Notes under the pieces: generated by a model | Told to the model about the DNA's origin: nothing | What the model saw: only the letters and a program-made list of their open reading frames with translations | The model's database searches: none | Shown: in pieces, positions 12,944-26,967 of the stretch | How positions within the stretch are numbered: position 1 is the stretch's first letter | Layout of the letters: every line of letters starts with the position of its first letter | Translations under genes and position numbers: made by a program | Assembly (NCBI GenBank): GCA_951406725.2 | Contig: OX597831.1 | Span: 21,018,001-21,082,000, forward strand | Direction of reading: 5' to 3' | From: Octopus vulgaris | Taxonomy: Eukaryota | DNA: 64,000 nucleotides

Positions 12944-13519
12944 GTACATACATTCCTATATACGCACACGTGTAGTTATTTGTTATGCGAGAAGTATCAT
13001 CTGTAAATAAATATGATATACACAAACACGCATACATACACTCGTACACACACATACACACACACACACACACATACACACACACTCGAGCACACATAGA
13101 CACGCCATATACGCGTGTGCATACCCTCTATTTACTCGGATGCAGTTGCCGACCTTGATGATAATGAACGATAATGAAGAAAAAAATTGTATTATATAGA
13201 AAAAAAACATATAATTCCAAAAAGAAATATTATATGTATATTTACGCACGTATACACGCACGCCCACAACGCACAAGAGACACACAGCCACACACACACA
13301 CACAAACACATACACATATATCCACATACGTAACTATATGCATACATCCATACCTGTGTATACATACATACATGCATACATATATGTATATGTATATATA
13401 TATATATATGTGTGTATATACATATGTATATATATGTGTGTGTGTATATATATATATATAGAAAATTAAAGAAAATTAAAATTTATTTAATATAGTGGCG
13501 TTTTCAAACTTCATTTTTA

Positions 13520-13566
<47 letters not shown>

Positions 13567-14364
13567 GACTCACCATATATATATATGCATGCGTATATTT
13601 TTGCATATATGCATACACATATATAAACATATGTGTAATCGTGTACAGATACTGATTTTTCTTAATTGAATATCACAATGACAAAATATTCAAGAAGGCG
13701 GTTTTCAGCGCTGGTAAAATTCAGTGCACACGAACGGAATCGTTAATATTTTGCCACATTGTTATTAATTTCAAATCTCAACGAGCTCAACATGACCTTT
13801 CACATCCCTTGCTGGGTCGACGAAATAAAGTACCAATCAAGAAGTGTGATTGATGATATCGATTAATTTCCTTCCCCTCAGAATTCTTAGCCGCGCTGCA
13901 AACCGGGAAACCATCGTTATTGTGTCTGCGTGCAGTACCCTGTGTCATTCTCGATACATCTGCCGATAATTTTCTACGAGCCAATCAATAACATAAATAT
14001 TTATTAACTGCTATTGCTGAGTATTCTTTTGTGTGTGAGAAATTACAATGTGTGCACCGATGTCTATATTGAGTCACTTTGAATTCCCAGATATTTGAAT
14101 AATAAAACACTTAAAAACCTCAGTCGTAGGTTTTAAAAAGGTTAAAAGACAGTGATGTATGTAACCATCACCCGGTAATGTTACACACTCGTTATATAAT
14201 ATATACAATCATCAACTAATAAAATACAAAAACACAAATACACTTATATAATCGGCAAACAAGACGATGCTATTAGCAAATAATATAGCACATATTCTAC
14301 ACTGTTTCCCCTTCACCATAAAACAGCTCACATGTTAAATACTCTGTATAATCACTATGCGTCA

Positions 14365-14436
<72 letters not shown>

Positions 14437-14553
14437 TGTTGTGGAAGAGCGTAGGCTCGAAACGTTTAAGACATTTTCAATTCCCATGTTATACTAATAC
14501 ATCTGTTTTCTACACTACCTGTCTTCGTCTTTTGTTTTTTTTTTTGTAATTCT

Positions 14554-14600
<47 letters not shown>

Positions 14601-15624
14601 CAAAATAAGCAACAAGTATATCCGAGGTAATGTATATATATATATATATTTATATGTATATATTTAATTCTCTGTACAATAAGATGTTTGCCGTTTGATA
14701 ACATTTATACTTCCACCATGCTTCCTTGGAACTAAGTTAACTTAATTGGAAACGATGACCTGCATACTTATTCTAAAGACTTTACAGCAGATTCGAAAAC
14801 AGATATGCTAGCCGCTGTTTTGTGCGTCACATAAGAACATCTCCGCATTTTACAATGATAATGTGTCCATAACACATTTGGCTCATTATTGCCAGGGATT
14901 CTGAGACACCGGTGTTTCGATATGTTGTAACGCGTCAGTCAGAATTACTTGGAAATTTGAGTCCACATAAACTTTGTTTATATAACGCCAGTGAACAAAG
15001 TGTTTGTGAATCTCTTCTGATATGTAGCAACGGATTAACAAAATCGTTATTCCGCTGTGTACAGAGAGATTTGAGATAATGATTTGCATATTTATTCTTC
15101 ATTCTTTCCGGCAGATTTGAACACACAATAACCAGTTTTTTTAGACTCAAAGGTCAGAGTATTTTTGGCGACGTGATATAAAATGTTGAAACTTCGGTGT
15201 CCTAAGACCCTTTGCACCAATGAGCTGAGTATCTGATGAAATTGTCGACGTAAAAAGAAAATGTTTTCTTCTGCGACGTACACAACAATGTTTAGCATAT
15301 TAGTGTTCGCATCTGTCAGAACGTATTACGAATAATTATGTAATTCGTCGCTTCAGATCTCGTTGTACACAGTGCAAATACCGATTTTTAAAGCTAATTG
15401 AATTCTTGTTCCATAACATATGTCTTGATTTAATATACAACAGCATTAAACTACAAATGTTATCACATATTGTGGTTCTACGCTACCTGAAGAAATATTA
15501 CAACTGCTCATTAATTTCATGAAGCAGTTGCGTAGATTCTCCATATCACCACATGTCAGTACTTTCACAAATGTTTTCAAAAACTTCTGCATGACACAAA
15601 TTGACAGAACCCATCTACTTTATG

Positions 15625-16224
15625 GCAGCAAGGTGGCAGAATCGTTCGCACGCCAGGCAAAATGCTTAGCGGTATTTTGTCTGCCGCTACGTTCTGAGTT
15701 CAAAATCCACCGAGGTCGACTTTGCCTTTCATCCTGTTGGGGTCGATAAATTAAGTACCAGTTACGCACTGGAGTCGATGTAATCGACTTAATACCTATG
15801 TCTGTCCTTGTTTGTCCCCTCTGTGTTTAGCCCCTTGTGGGTAATGAAGAAATAGGTATTTTGTCTGCCGCTACGTTCTGAGTTCAAATTCCACCGAGGT
15901 CGACTTTGCCTTTCATCCTTTTGGGATCCATAAAATAAGTAGCAGTTACGCACTGGGGTCGATATAATCGACTTAATCCGTTTGTCTGTCCTTGTTTGTC
16001 CCCTCTGTGTTTAGCCCCTTCTGGGTAGTAAAGAAATAGGTATTTCGTCTGCTGTTACGTTCTGAGTTCAAATTCCGCCGAGGTCGACTTTGCCTTTCAT
16101 CCTTTCGGGGTCGATAAATTAAGTACCAGTTACGCACTGGGGTCGATGTAATCGACTTAAGCCCTTTGTCTGGCCTTGTTTGTCCCCTCTGTGTTTAGCC
16201 CCTTGTGGGCAGTAAAGAAATAAA
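15625..16224 (+). mobile_element. Deu/Nin-domain SINE with a triplicated 184-bp body and a 17-bp TSD
   Basis: One head, then units starting at 15671, 15855 and 16039, each with GGTCGACTTTGCCTTTCATCCT..GGG..C.ATAAA. TSD AACCCATCTA(C/T)TTTATG at 15608-15624 and 16225-16241. Confidence 0.9.
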
Positions 16225-16870
16225 AACCCATCTATTTTATGAGGTTTACTTCGTGGTTCATAGCTGTGAGGATATGTGATTTGCGACGTGCTCACTTCTG
16301 GAATTTAATTGAGTAAAATGGTATTTGACATATTCAAGTACATACATTGTCAAATAGTATTTTATCAGTTCCATCAACTTCGAATTCAACACTCTTAAAA
16401 CCAAGCCGGCTTGATTCCTTAATTATTTGATCATGGTAAAAATATTTGAATCCAATTTCGATGACATGCAATAGTAAGGAATGTATGTGTTTTCCCAAAA
16501 TGCGAATGATGCTTATGGGGTCCAGAAAATTATTTTGTACAAAATAGGAATACCAGTGAAATAAGATTGAAGCAAACACACGTACTCACATGCAGACACA
16601 TATCCGCACACATGCAAACACACATACACGCACACATACACACATAAACGCACACACACACACACACAAACTTAGCTAGACATACAAACATAGAGTGGAC
16701 ATATAAATAATACATACACACACTTATAAAATTGTGTGTGTGTGTGTGTGTATGTGAGTGAGTGTGTGTATATGTATACTCTGAACTATTATACTTAAAG
16801 CCTCAATTGGAACAGGTTTAGAAAACCAACCCAAGAAATTAGAACTATAAAACAGTATTATACACGCACG

Positions 16871-16909
<39 letters not shown>

Positions 16910-17003
16910 TTAAAACACACACACACACACATAAGCATACACACCAACACATACCCACACCGACACCCCACCTACCCACCCACACTCGCACACACGCACA
17001 CAC

Positions 17004-17055
<52 letters not shown>

Positions 17056-17761
17056 ATATATATACATATATATGACATGTGTACATGTGTGTATCTTCAT
17101 ATAGCATTGTACATAAAAAAGAACAGACGAACAGCACCAGAAATCTATAAGTTCAGCAGGGTACTTAAAAACTTAATAATGGTTATTGTTAAATAAAATA
17201 ATCTGTAGACATTTTTTTATTGGAATCGATGCAAATCCAACGTCATTACTATGGCTTCCTGTGTGAAACTGGCGATATGATCATCTTGTTTCTTTGTTTC
17301 TTCTCACTCAACGATTTTAGTCTATATATTTACACAGATTAGAAAATCTATTTCTTACACCAAAAGTGTAATTCCGTTTACATTTTATTTCTTCTTCTTC
17401 TCCTCCTCCCTCCCCCTCCTCCCCTCCCCCTCCTCCCCCTCCTCCTCCTCCACCTCCCCCACCCGTCCTCCTCGTGCTTCTGCCTCCTTATTTACCACCA
17501 CCACCACCACCTCCACCGCCACCACCACCACCACCACCACCACCACCAAACATCCCCCTCCTCCTCCTTCAACGTAAGAAATTCGTTTTAGTCATTTCTT
17601 TTTCTGTTCTAACCTCACTATCCGTCCGCACGTCAACTCCATCCATCAATCCATCCATCCATCCATCCTTCCATCCATCTATCCATCCATCCAGTCATCC
17701 ATCCGTCCATCCATCCATCCATCTTCTCCGCCCTCTATTCATGAGGGGTAGAGTCTCGAGG

Positions 17762-18061
17762 CACCCTCCATATTCACCAGATATTGCTCCTTCGGATTTC
17801 CACTTATTCAGGTCTCTGCAGAATAGTCTTAATGGCAAAAATTTCAATTGTTTGGATGACGTAAAAAGATACCTTGATGAATTATTTGCCATGAAACCTC
17901 CTCAATTCTGGGAAGAGTGTATTTTCAAGTTAAAGGAAAAATGGAGACGCATTCCGCAACAAAATGGTTAATATTTGGTTGATTAAAAATGTAATGGCAA
18001 GTATTTATTGACCTTTTTCTTTCCTTTAAAAATCGGCACGAACTATCCGAACAACCCAATA
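17762..18061 (+). mobile_element. 3' fragment of the same mariner family
   Basis: Encodes HPPYSPDIAPSDFHLFRSLQNSLNGKNF...QQNG* (YSPD.AP.D motif), then the 3' TIR AATCGGCACGAACTATCCGAACAACCCAA and TA. Near-identical to 10634-10925. Confidence 0.9.
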
Positions 18062-18880
18062 TCTCATAATATTTATGAAATGAAGAAGATTCCTGCCGAA
18101 GTCTAATACCTACGTTGAAAAGTTTCGAATAAGCACCATTTACCTATTGAATCAAACTCTGCATTGATTAAACAAAACGACGTTAAACATAATGAAATAA
18201 AAACTTATCAAACTGCTAAACATAAATACGAAAAATAAATTAAATTTTCGCATGTGAAAAAATATTTTTCGCTTACCTCAAGGAGTTAGAAAATCAAGAT
18301 TTGAAGACGGGGAAACGGAGCAGACAGAAAACGTGTTGCGTAAAAGCCGCTCGTAGGGACTGTTCTGACCGCTATCCATGTACATCTCAATGTTTTAGAA
18401 CTACAAACGCATTCCCGTGATTTATTCGTTGCGGTTTCATACCGTTATATATCACTAGTTTTCTTGCGGGCATCTATTAAAATATGGTGACGGAGGCTGT
18501 TAATTCCAATTTTCATAAGTCTTTAAAAAATGCAATTTCTTTTTTCGAATGTGGCAATCTCGTAGAAAACCGTAAAACACAGTAATAATGAGATGAAAAT
18601 TAGTTTTTAGGCGATTTAGCTTTAAAAATTTTACCATATGTTTTGATTGTAGTTAATCTGTCTGAGATCGATAAACTAATCACACAATACCCACTGTGCG
18701 CCAATGGAAATTCTCATTATTTTTTCATCGCGTCTGAGTTTTATATTTTTGAAATTATTTATATTATGAAGTTTGGCGATGTATTTTTTACGTCTTTATT
18801 AAAACTTTGGATACATTTCTTGCACACACACAAACACACACACACACAAACAAACACATACACACACATATGCATGCACA

Positions 18881-18949
<69 letters not shown>

Positions 18950-19024
18950 TATATCTATATACATATATATATATACATATGTATATACATATATATATAA
19001 ATACATTTATAAATATGTAAATAC

Positions 19025-19080
<56 letters not shown>

Positions 19081-19122
19081 GCATACCATGTATTACATAT
19101 ATATACTGACTGTATTTATATA

Positions 19123-19177
<55 letters not shown>

Positions 19178-19285
19178 ATATATATATATATAGGAAACAT
19201 TTAGTCTTCACTAATTGTGACTGAGGATGCTGAAGCACTTATATTGCAAGAAGAGTTAAAGACTGTTAATGTTGTAAGAATCGTG

Positions 19286-19346
<61 letters not shown>

Positions 19347-19763
19347 TACAGGGGAGATAGCGGTATCATGAGCGGCTCTGGGATTAATTGACTAGACTAG
19401 ACTAGTTTCAATTGTCAGTCGTATGCTCCTGAGTTGTAACTACTCAAGTGTTCAATGGTTTGGCTAAATTTAGCTGTTAGTATATATAATTTTTACATGG
19501 AAAATTATTTAGCGAAATACTAATGCGTATATTAAAAATTAATGTAAGCGGTTAGACGTAATGTAATACCATAAAGGAAAAATTTGATGGTCATTAACTG
19601 TGACTGAGAGTGTCGAAGTAACTATCTTGCAAGAAATAAGAGTCAAAAACTATTAATGCTGTAACAAGCGCGCAATATATATATATATATATATATATAT
19701 GTAATATCAGGGTAATAAAAATTTTCAGGAAGGTGCAAATGAGAGTAGCTGTATCATATATAT

Positions 19764-19800
<37 letters not shown>

Positions 19801-20269
19801 AAAATGTATGTATATATATATATGGTCTTAGGGGTATTTATATATTGCGTGTGGGTGTGTGTTGGTGAATGTATGTGTGTGTGTGGTGGAACGTGTGCGT
19901 GTATGCATTATGTAAATACGTGCGCAGATATATAATTTAAAGAAACTCCAACATAAAACAGTTACACACCTTCGTCTGTATATATACACAGATACGTACA
20001 TGCATATATATGTATGTGTGTGTGTATGTGTGTGTGCATGTACGTATGTATGAGCATGTGCATGAAATATATATATATATGTATATATATGTATGTGTAT
20101 ATATACGATTCTGTGCTGTGTAAGCATTATCTGATATAGAATTCAATGTTTCGGTTGAACATTCCAGATTAGACCATCACCTACATACATTCACACATAC
20201 ATACACACACACAAGCACACACACACACGTTGACATTCATCTATACCAAAGCATATATATATATATGCC

Positions 20270-23200
20270 AACTAGCCAAACAACCAGCCAGCCGACCAAC
20301 GACCAATCGACCAACCAAACGACAAGCCGACCCAACGACCAACCAACCAACCAACCAACCAGCCAACCAACCGACAAACCCGCCAACAAGCCGACCCACT
20401 TCCAACCGACAAACTAGCCAACCAGCCAACTAACCAACGAACCAGCCGATCCACGACCAACCGACACATCAACCAGCCGAGCCAGGACCAACCGAAAAAC
20501 CAACCAACCAGCCGACTAACCGACAAACCAGCCAACCAGCCAACCCACCGACCAACCAGCCAACCAGCGAACCAACCGACTAACCTACCAACCAGCCGAC
20601 CCACGACCAACCGACCAACCAACCAACTGGCCGACCCACGACCAACCGAAAACCCTATCAACCAGCCGACCAACCGACAAACCAACCAACCAGCCGACCC
20701 ACGACAATCCAGCCAACCAGACGACCAACCGACTAACAAAACAGCCGACACACGACCAACCGACCAAGCAACTAACCAGCCGACACACGACCAACCGACA
20801 AACCAACAAACCAACCAGCCAACCAACCGACAAACCAACCAACCAGCCGACCAACGACCAACCGACAAACCAACCAACCAGCCGACCAACGACCAACCAA
20901 TCAACCAATCAACCAACCGACAAACCAGTCAAACCAGCCGACCAACCGGCAACCAATCAACCAGCCGACCAACGATCAACCGAGAAACCAACCAACCAGC
21001 AGACAAACCAACCAGTCAACCAACCGATAACACCAACCAACCAGCCAACAACTGACTAATCAACCAACCAGCCGACCCATCACCAACCGACATACCAGCC
21101 AACCATCAACCAACCGTCAAACCAACCAGCCAGCCGACCAACGACCAGCCGACGAACCAACCAACACCCCAACCAGCCGACCCACCGACCAACCAGCCAA
21201 CCAGCCAATCAACCGACTAACCAACCAACCAGCCGACCCAAGACCAACCGACAAACCAGCCAACCATCAACCAACCGTCAAACCAACAAACTAGCCGACC
21301 CACCGACCAATCAGCGAACCAGCCAACCAACCGACGAACCAACAAACCAGCCGACCAACGACCAACCGACAAACCAACCAACCAGCCGACCCACGACAAA
21401 CCGACTAACCAGCCAACCAGACGATCCATGACCAACCGACCAACCAGACAATCAGACGACCCACCGACCAACCAGCCAACCAGCCAACCATTCGACGAAC
21501 CAACCAACCAGCCGACCTACCGACCAACAAGCCAACCAGCCAACCAACCGTCTAACCAACCAACCAGCCGACCCACCACCAACCGACCAACCAACAAGCC
21601 AATCCACGACCAACCCACAAACCAGCCATCCAGCCCACCAACCAACAAAGCAACCAACCAGCCGGCCAATGACCAGCCGACCAACCAAACAACCAGCCGA
21701 CTAAAGACCACCGACAACAGGCCAACCAGCATCCCCGCGACCAACCGCCCAACCAGCCAACCAGCCCACTCACGACCAACCGACAAACCAGCCAACCTGC
21801 TGACCCACCGACTAACAATCCAACCAGCCGACCATCCGACAAACCAACCAACCAGCAGACCCACGACCAACCGACCAACCAGCCAACCAGCCCACTCACG
21901 ACCAACCGACAAACCAGCCAACAAGCTGACCCACCGACTAACAAGGCAACCAGCCGACCAACCGACAAACCAACCAACCAGCAGACCCACGACCAACCGC
22001 CCAACCAGCCCACTCACGACCAACCGACAAACCAGCCAACAAGCTGACCCACCGACTAACAAGGCAACCAGCCGACCAACCGACAAAACCAACCAACCAG
22101 CAGACCACGACCAACCGCCCAACCAGCCAACCAGTCCACGCACTACCAACCGACAAACCAGCCAACCAGCTGACCCACCGACTAACACGCCAACCAGCCG
22201 ACCATCCGACAAACCAACAAACCAGCAGACCCACGACAAACCGCCCAACCAGCCAACCAGCCCACTCACGACCAACCGACAAACCAGCCAACCTGCTGAC
22301 CCACCGACTAACAATCCAACCAGCCGACCAGCCCACTCACGACCAACCGACAAACCAGCCAACAAGCTGACCCACCGACTAACAAGGCAACCAGCCGACC
22401 AACCGACAAACCAACCAACCAGCAGACCCACGACCAACCGCCCAACCAGCCAACCAGTCCACGCACTACCAACCGACAAACCAGCCAACCTGCTGACCCA
22501 CCGACTAACACGCCAACCAGCCGACCATCCGACAAACCAACAAACCAGCAGACCCACGACCAACCGACCAACCAGCCAACCAGCCCACTCACGACCAACC
22601 GACAAACCAGCCAACAAGCTGACCCACCGACTAACAAGGCAACCAGCCGACCAACCGACAAACCAACCAACCAGCAGACCCACGACCAACCGCCCAACCA
22701 GCCAAACAGTCCACGCACTACCAACCGACAAACCAGCCAACCTGCTGACCCACCGACTAACAGGCCAACCAGCCGACCATCCGACAAACCAACAAACCAG
22801 CAGACCCACGACCAACCGACCAACCAGCCAACCAGCCCACTCACGACCAACCGACAAACCAGCCAACAAGCTGACCCACCGACTAACAAGGCAACCAGCC
22901 GACCAACCGACAAACCAACCAACCAGCAGACCCACGACCAACCGCCCAACCAGCCAAACAGTCCACGCACTACCAACCGACAAACCAGCCAACCTGCTGA
23001 CCCACCGACTAACAGGCCAACCAGCCGACCATCCGACAAACCAACAAACCAGCAGACCCACGACAAACCGCCCAACCAGCCAACCAGCCCACTCACGACC
23101 AACCGACAAACCAGCCAACCAGCTGACCCACCGACTAACAAGCCAACCAGCCGACCATCCGACAAACCAACCAACCAGCAGACCCACGACCAACCGCCCA

Positions 23201-25862
23201 ACCAGCCAACCAGCCCACTCACAACCAACCGACAAACCAGCCAACCAGCTGATCCACCGACTAACAAGCCAACCAGCCGAACATCTGACATCCAACCAAC
23301 CAGCAGACCTACGACCAACCGCCCAACCACCAAACCAGCCCACTCACGACCAACCGACAAACCAGCCAACAAGCTGACCCACCGACCAACAAGCCAACCA
23401 GCCGACCAATCGACAAACCAACCAACCAGCATCCCCGCGACCAACCGCCCAACCAGCCAACCAGCTCACTCACGACCAACCGACAAACCAGCCAACAAGC
23501 TGACCCACCGACTAACAAGCCAACCAGCCGACCATCCGACAAACCAACCAACCAGCAGACCCACGACCAACCGCCCAACCAGCCAACCAGTCCACGCACT
23601 ACCAACCGACAAACCAGCCAACCAGCTGACCCACCGACTAACAGGCCAACCAGCCGACCATCCGACAAACCAACCAACCAGCAGACCCACGACAAACCGT
23701 CCAACCAGCCAACCAGCCCACTCACGACCAGCCGACAAACCAGCCAACCAGCTAATACCGACTAACAAGCCAACCAGCCGACCATCTGACAAACCAACCA
23801 GCCAGCAGACCCACGACCAACCGCCCAACCAGCCAACCAGCCCACTCACGACCAACCGACAAACCAGCCAACCAGCTGACCCACCGACTAACAAGCCAAC
23901 CAGCCGACCATCCGACAAACCAACCAACCAGCAGACCCACGACCAACCGCCCAACCAGCCAAACCAGCCCACTCACGACCAACCGACAAACCAGCCAACA
24001 AGCTGACCCACCGACTAACAAGCCAACCAGCCGACCATCCGACAAACCAACCAACCAGCATCCCCGCGACCAACCGCCCAACCAGCCAACCAGCTCACTC
24101 ACGACCAACCGACAAACCAGCCAAACAGCTGACCCACCGACTAAAAAGCCAACCAGTCGACCAACCGACAAACCAACCAACCAGAATCCCCACGACCAAC
24201 CGCCCAACCAGCCAACCAGCCCACGCACGACCAGCCGACAAACCAGCCGACCAACCAACCAACCAGCCGACTAAAGACTACCGACAACCAGCCAACCAGC
24301 ATCCCCACGATCAACCGCCCAACCAGCCAACCAGCCCACTCACGACCAACCGACAAACCAGCTAACCAGCTGACCCACCGACTAACAAGCCAACCAGCCG
24401 ACCATCCGACAAACCAACAAACCAGCAGACCCACGACAAACCGCCCAACCAGCCAACCAGCCCACTCACGACCAACCGACAAACCAGCCAACCAGCTGAT
24501 CCACCGACTAACAAGCCAACCAGCCGACCATCTGACAAACCAACCAGCCAGCAGACCCACGACCAACCGCCCAACCAGCCAACCAGCCAACCAGCCAACC
24601 AGCCAACCAGCCCACTCACGACCAGCCGACAAACCAGCCAACCAGCTGAACCTCCGACTAACAAGCCAACCAGCCGACCATCCGACAAACCAACCAACCA
24701 GCAGACCCACGACCAACCGCCCAACCAGCCAACCAGCCCACTCACGACCAACCGACAAACCAGCCAACCAGCTGATCCACCGACTAACAAGCCAACCAGC
24801 CGACCATCCGACAAACCAACCAACCAGCAGACCCACGACCAACCGCCCAACCAGCCAACCAGCCCACTCACGACCAACCGACAAACCAGCCAACAAGCTG
24901 ACCCACCGACTAACAAGCCAACCAGCCGACCATCCGACAAACCAACCAACCAGCAGACCCAAGACCAACCGCCCAACCAGCCAACCAGCCCACTAACGAC
25001 CAACCGACAAACCAGCCAACAAGCTGACCCACCGACTAACAAGCCAACCAGCCGACCATCCGACAAACCAACCAACCAGCAGACCCATGACCAACCGCCC
25101 AACCAGCCAACCAGCCCACTGACGACCAACCGACAAACCAGCCAACAAGCTGACCCACCGACTAACAAGCCAACCAGCCGACCATCCGACAAACCGACCA
25201 ACCAGCAGAACCACGACCAACCGCCCAACCAGCCAACCAGCCCACTCACGACCAACCGACAAACCAGCCAACCAGCTGACCCACCGACTAACAAGCCAAC
25301 CAGCCGACCATCCGACAAACCAACCAACCAGCAGAACCACGACCAACCGCCCAACCAGCCAACCAGCCCACTCACGACCAACCGACAAACCAGCCAACCA
25401 GCTGACCCACCGACTAACAAGCCAACCAGCCGACCAACCGACAAACCAACCAACCAGTAGACCCACGACCAACCGCCCAACCAGCCAACCAGCCCACTCA
25501 CGACCAACCGACAAACCAGCCAACCAGCTGACCCACCGACTAACAAGCCAACCAGCCGACCATCCGACAAACCAACCAACCAGCAGACCCACGACCAACC
25601 GCCCAACCAGCCCACTCACGACCAACCGACAAACCAGCCAACCAGCTGACCCACCGACTAACAAGCCAACCAGCCGACCAACCGACAAACCAACCAACCA
25701 GCAGACCCACGACCAACCGCCCAACCAGCCAACCAGCCCACTCACGACCAACCGACAAACCAGCCAACAAGCTGACCCACCGACTAACAAGGCAACCAGC
25801 CGACCATCCGACAAACCAACCAACCAGCAGACCGACGACCAACCGCCCAACCAGCCAACCAG
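20270..25862 (+). repeat. CCAA-rich complex satellite with a 126-bp higher-order unit (28+28+35+35 bp)
   Basis: Unit starts at 25251 and 25377 are 126 bp apart. Degenerate 28- and 35-bp monomers lie at the left end. An alternating 252-bp dimer occupies about 22330-23090. Confidence 0.95.
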
Positions 25863-26170
25863 TTGGGCTGTTGGTGGCGGGTCTGCTGGTTGGTTGGTTT
25901 GTCGGATGGTCGGCTGCTTGGCTTTTAGTTGGTGGGTCAGCTGGTTGGCTGGTTTGTCGGTTGGTGGTGAGTGGGCTGGTTGGCTGGTTGGGCGGTTGGT
26001 CGTGGGTCTTCTGGTTGGCTGGTTTGTCGGTGGGTCAGCTGGTTGGCTTCTTAGTCGGTGGGTCAGCAGGTTGGCTGGTTTGTCGGTTGGTCGTGAGTGG
26101 GTTGGTTGGCTGGTTGGGCGGTTAGTCGTGGGTCGGTTGGTTTGTCGGATGGTCGGCTGCTTGGCTTGTT
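25863..26170 (-). repeat. Inverted copy (~2.4 units) of the 126-bp satellite
   Basis: GGGTCTGCTGGTTGGTTGGTTTGTCGGATGGTCGGCTG... is the reverse complement of the satellite unit and is more divergent. Confidence 0.9.
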
Positions 26171-26336
26171 AGATATTAGAATCATAGTAAGATTGATTTC
26201 AATTGTTATTTACCATAAAATTCATTATTCAGTTCCGCGTTATTGTCTGGCTTTGTGTATTTGTTGGCATATTAGTACTGTGTGTGTGTGTATATGTGTA
26301 CATATGTGTTTATATATACAGATTTATTCCGTGTGT

Positions 26337-26400
26337 GACGGCGCATGGTTTAGTTGTTACGGTGTTGTACTCAAAATCTCGAGATCGTAGTTTCAATTCT
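26337..26400 (+). mobile_element. Truncated tRNA-SINE head
   Basis: GACGGCGCATGGTTTAGTTGTTACGGTGTTGTACTC...GATCGTAGTTTCAATTC, with degenerate A and B boxes. Confidence 0.55.
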
Positions 26401-26967
26401 TGAAAATTCTCCGCAAAAACGTTTGAAAATTTTCCCAAAAAATTTTTGAAAAATTTTCTGAAAATTCTCCCCGAAACTTTTTTGAAAATTTTTGAAAATT
26501 TTCCCCCCAAATTTTTGAAAAGTTTTTTGAAAATTTTCTCTAAAAATTTTTGAAAAATTTTTCCCGAAACATTTTTGAAAATTTTGCGGAAAATTTCAAA
26601 AAGTTTTTGAAAAATTTAAAAAAAATTTTGGGGTAAATTTTCAAAAACCTTTCGGGTAAATTTTCAAAAAATTTTGGAGAAAATTTTCAAAAAATTTTTG
26701 GGGAAAATTTCGGAAAAATTTTTCAAAAAATTTTGGGTTAAATTTTCCAAAAATTCTTCCAAACATTTTGGGGAAAATTTTCAAAAATGTTTCTAAACAT
26801 TTTGAGGAAAATTTTCAAAAAATTTTCAAAAAATTTTGGGGTAAATTTTCAAAAAATGTTTCAAAAATTTTGGGGTAAATTTTCAAAAACCTTTGGGGTA
26901 AATTTTCAAAAAATTTTGGGGAAAATTTTCAAAAAGTTTTTGAAAAATTTTTGAAAAATTTTTCAAT
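26400..26967. repeat. Periodic A/T-tract repeat with polarity inversion (fold-back-like)
   Basis: The left part repeats TTTTGAAAATTTTCCCC and the right part repeats GGGGAAAATTTTCAAAA. The switch is near 26585. Confidence 0.75.

Noticed and set aside
14440-14480. GAGC-GTAG-GCTC-GAAACG hammerhead-like half
   Set aside because: The first box (TGTGGAA) and stem I do not fit in this copy.
14700-15420. Short overlapping minus-strand ORFs, vaguely integrase-like
   Set aside because: No motif could be identified with confidence, and there are many stops.
21428-23377. 649-aa ORF with 42-aa repeats, and the overlapping minus-strand ORFs
   Set aside because: A by-product of a nearly T-free 126-bp satellite whose unit is a multiple of 3. 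The frame shifts between units and there is no unique terminus.
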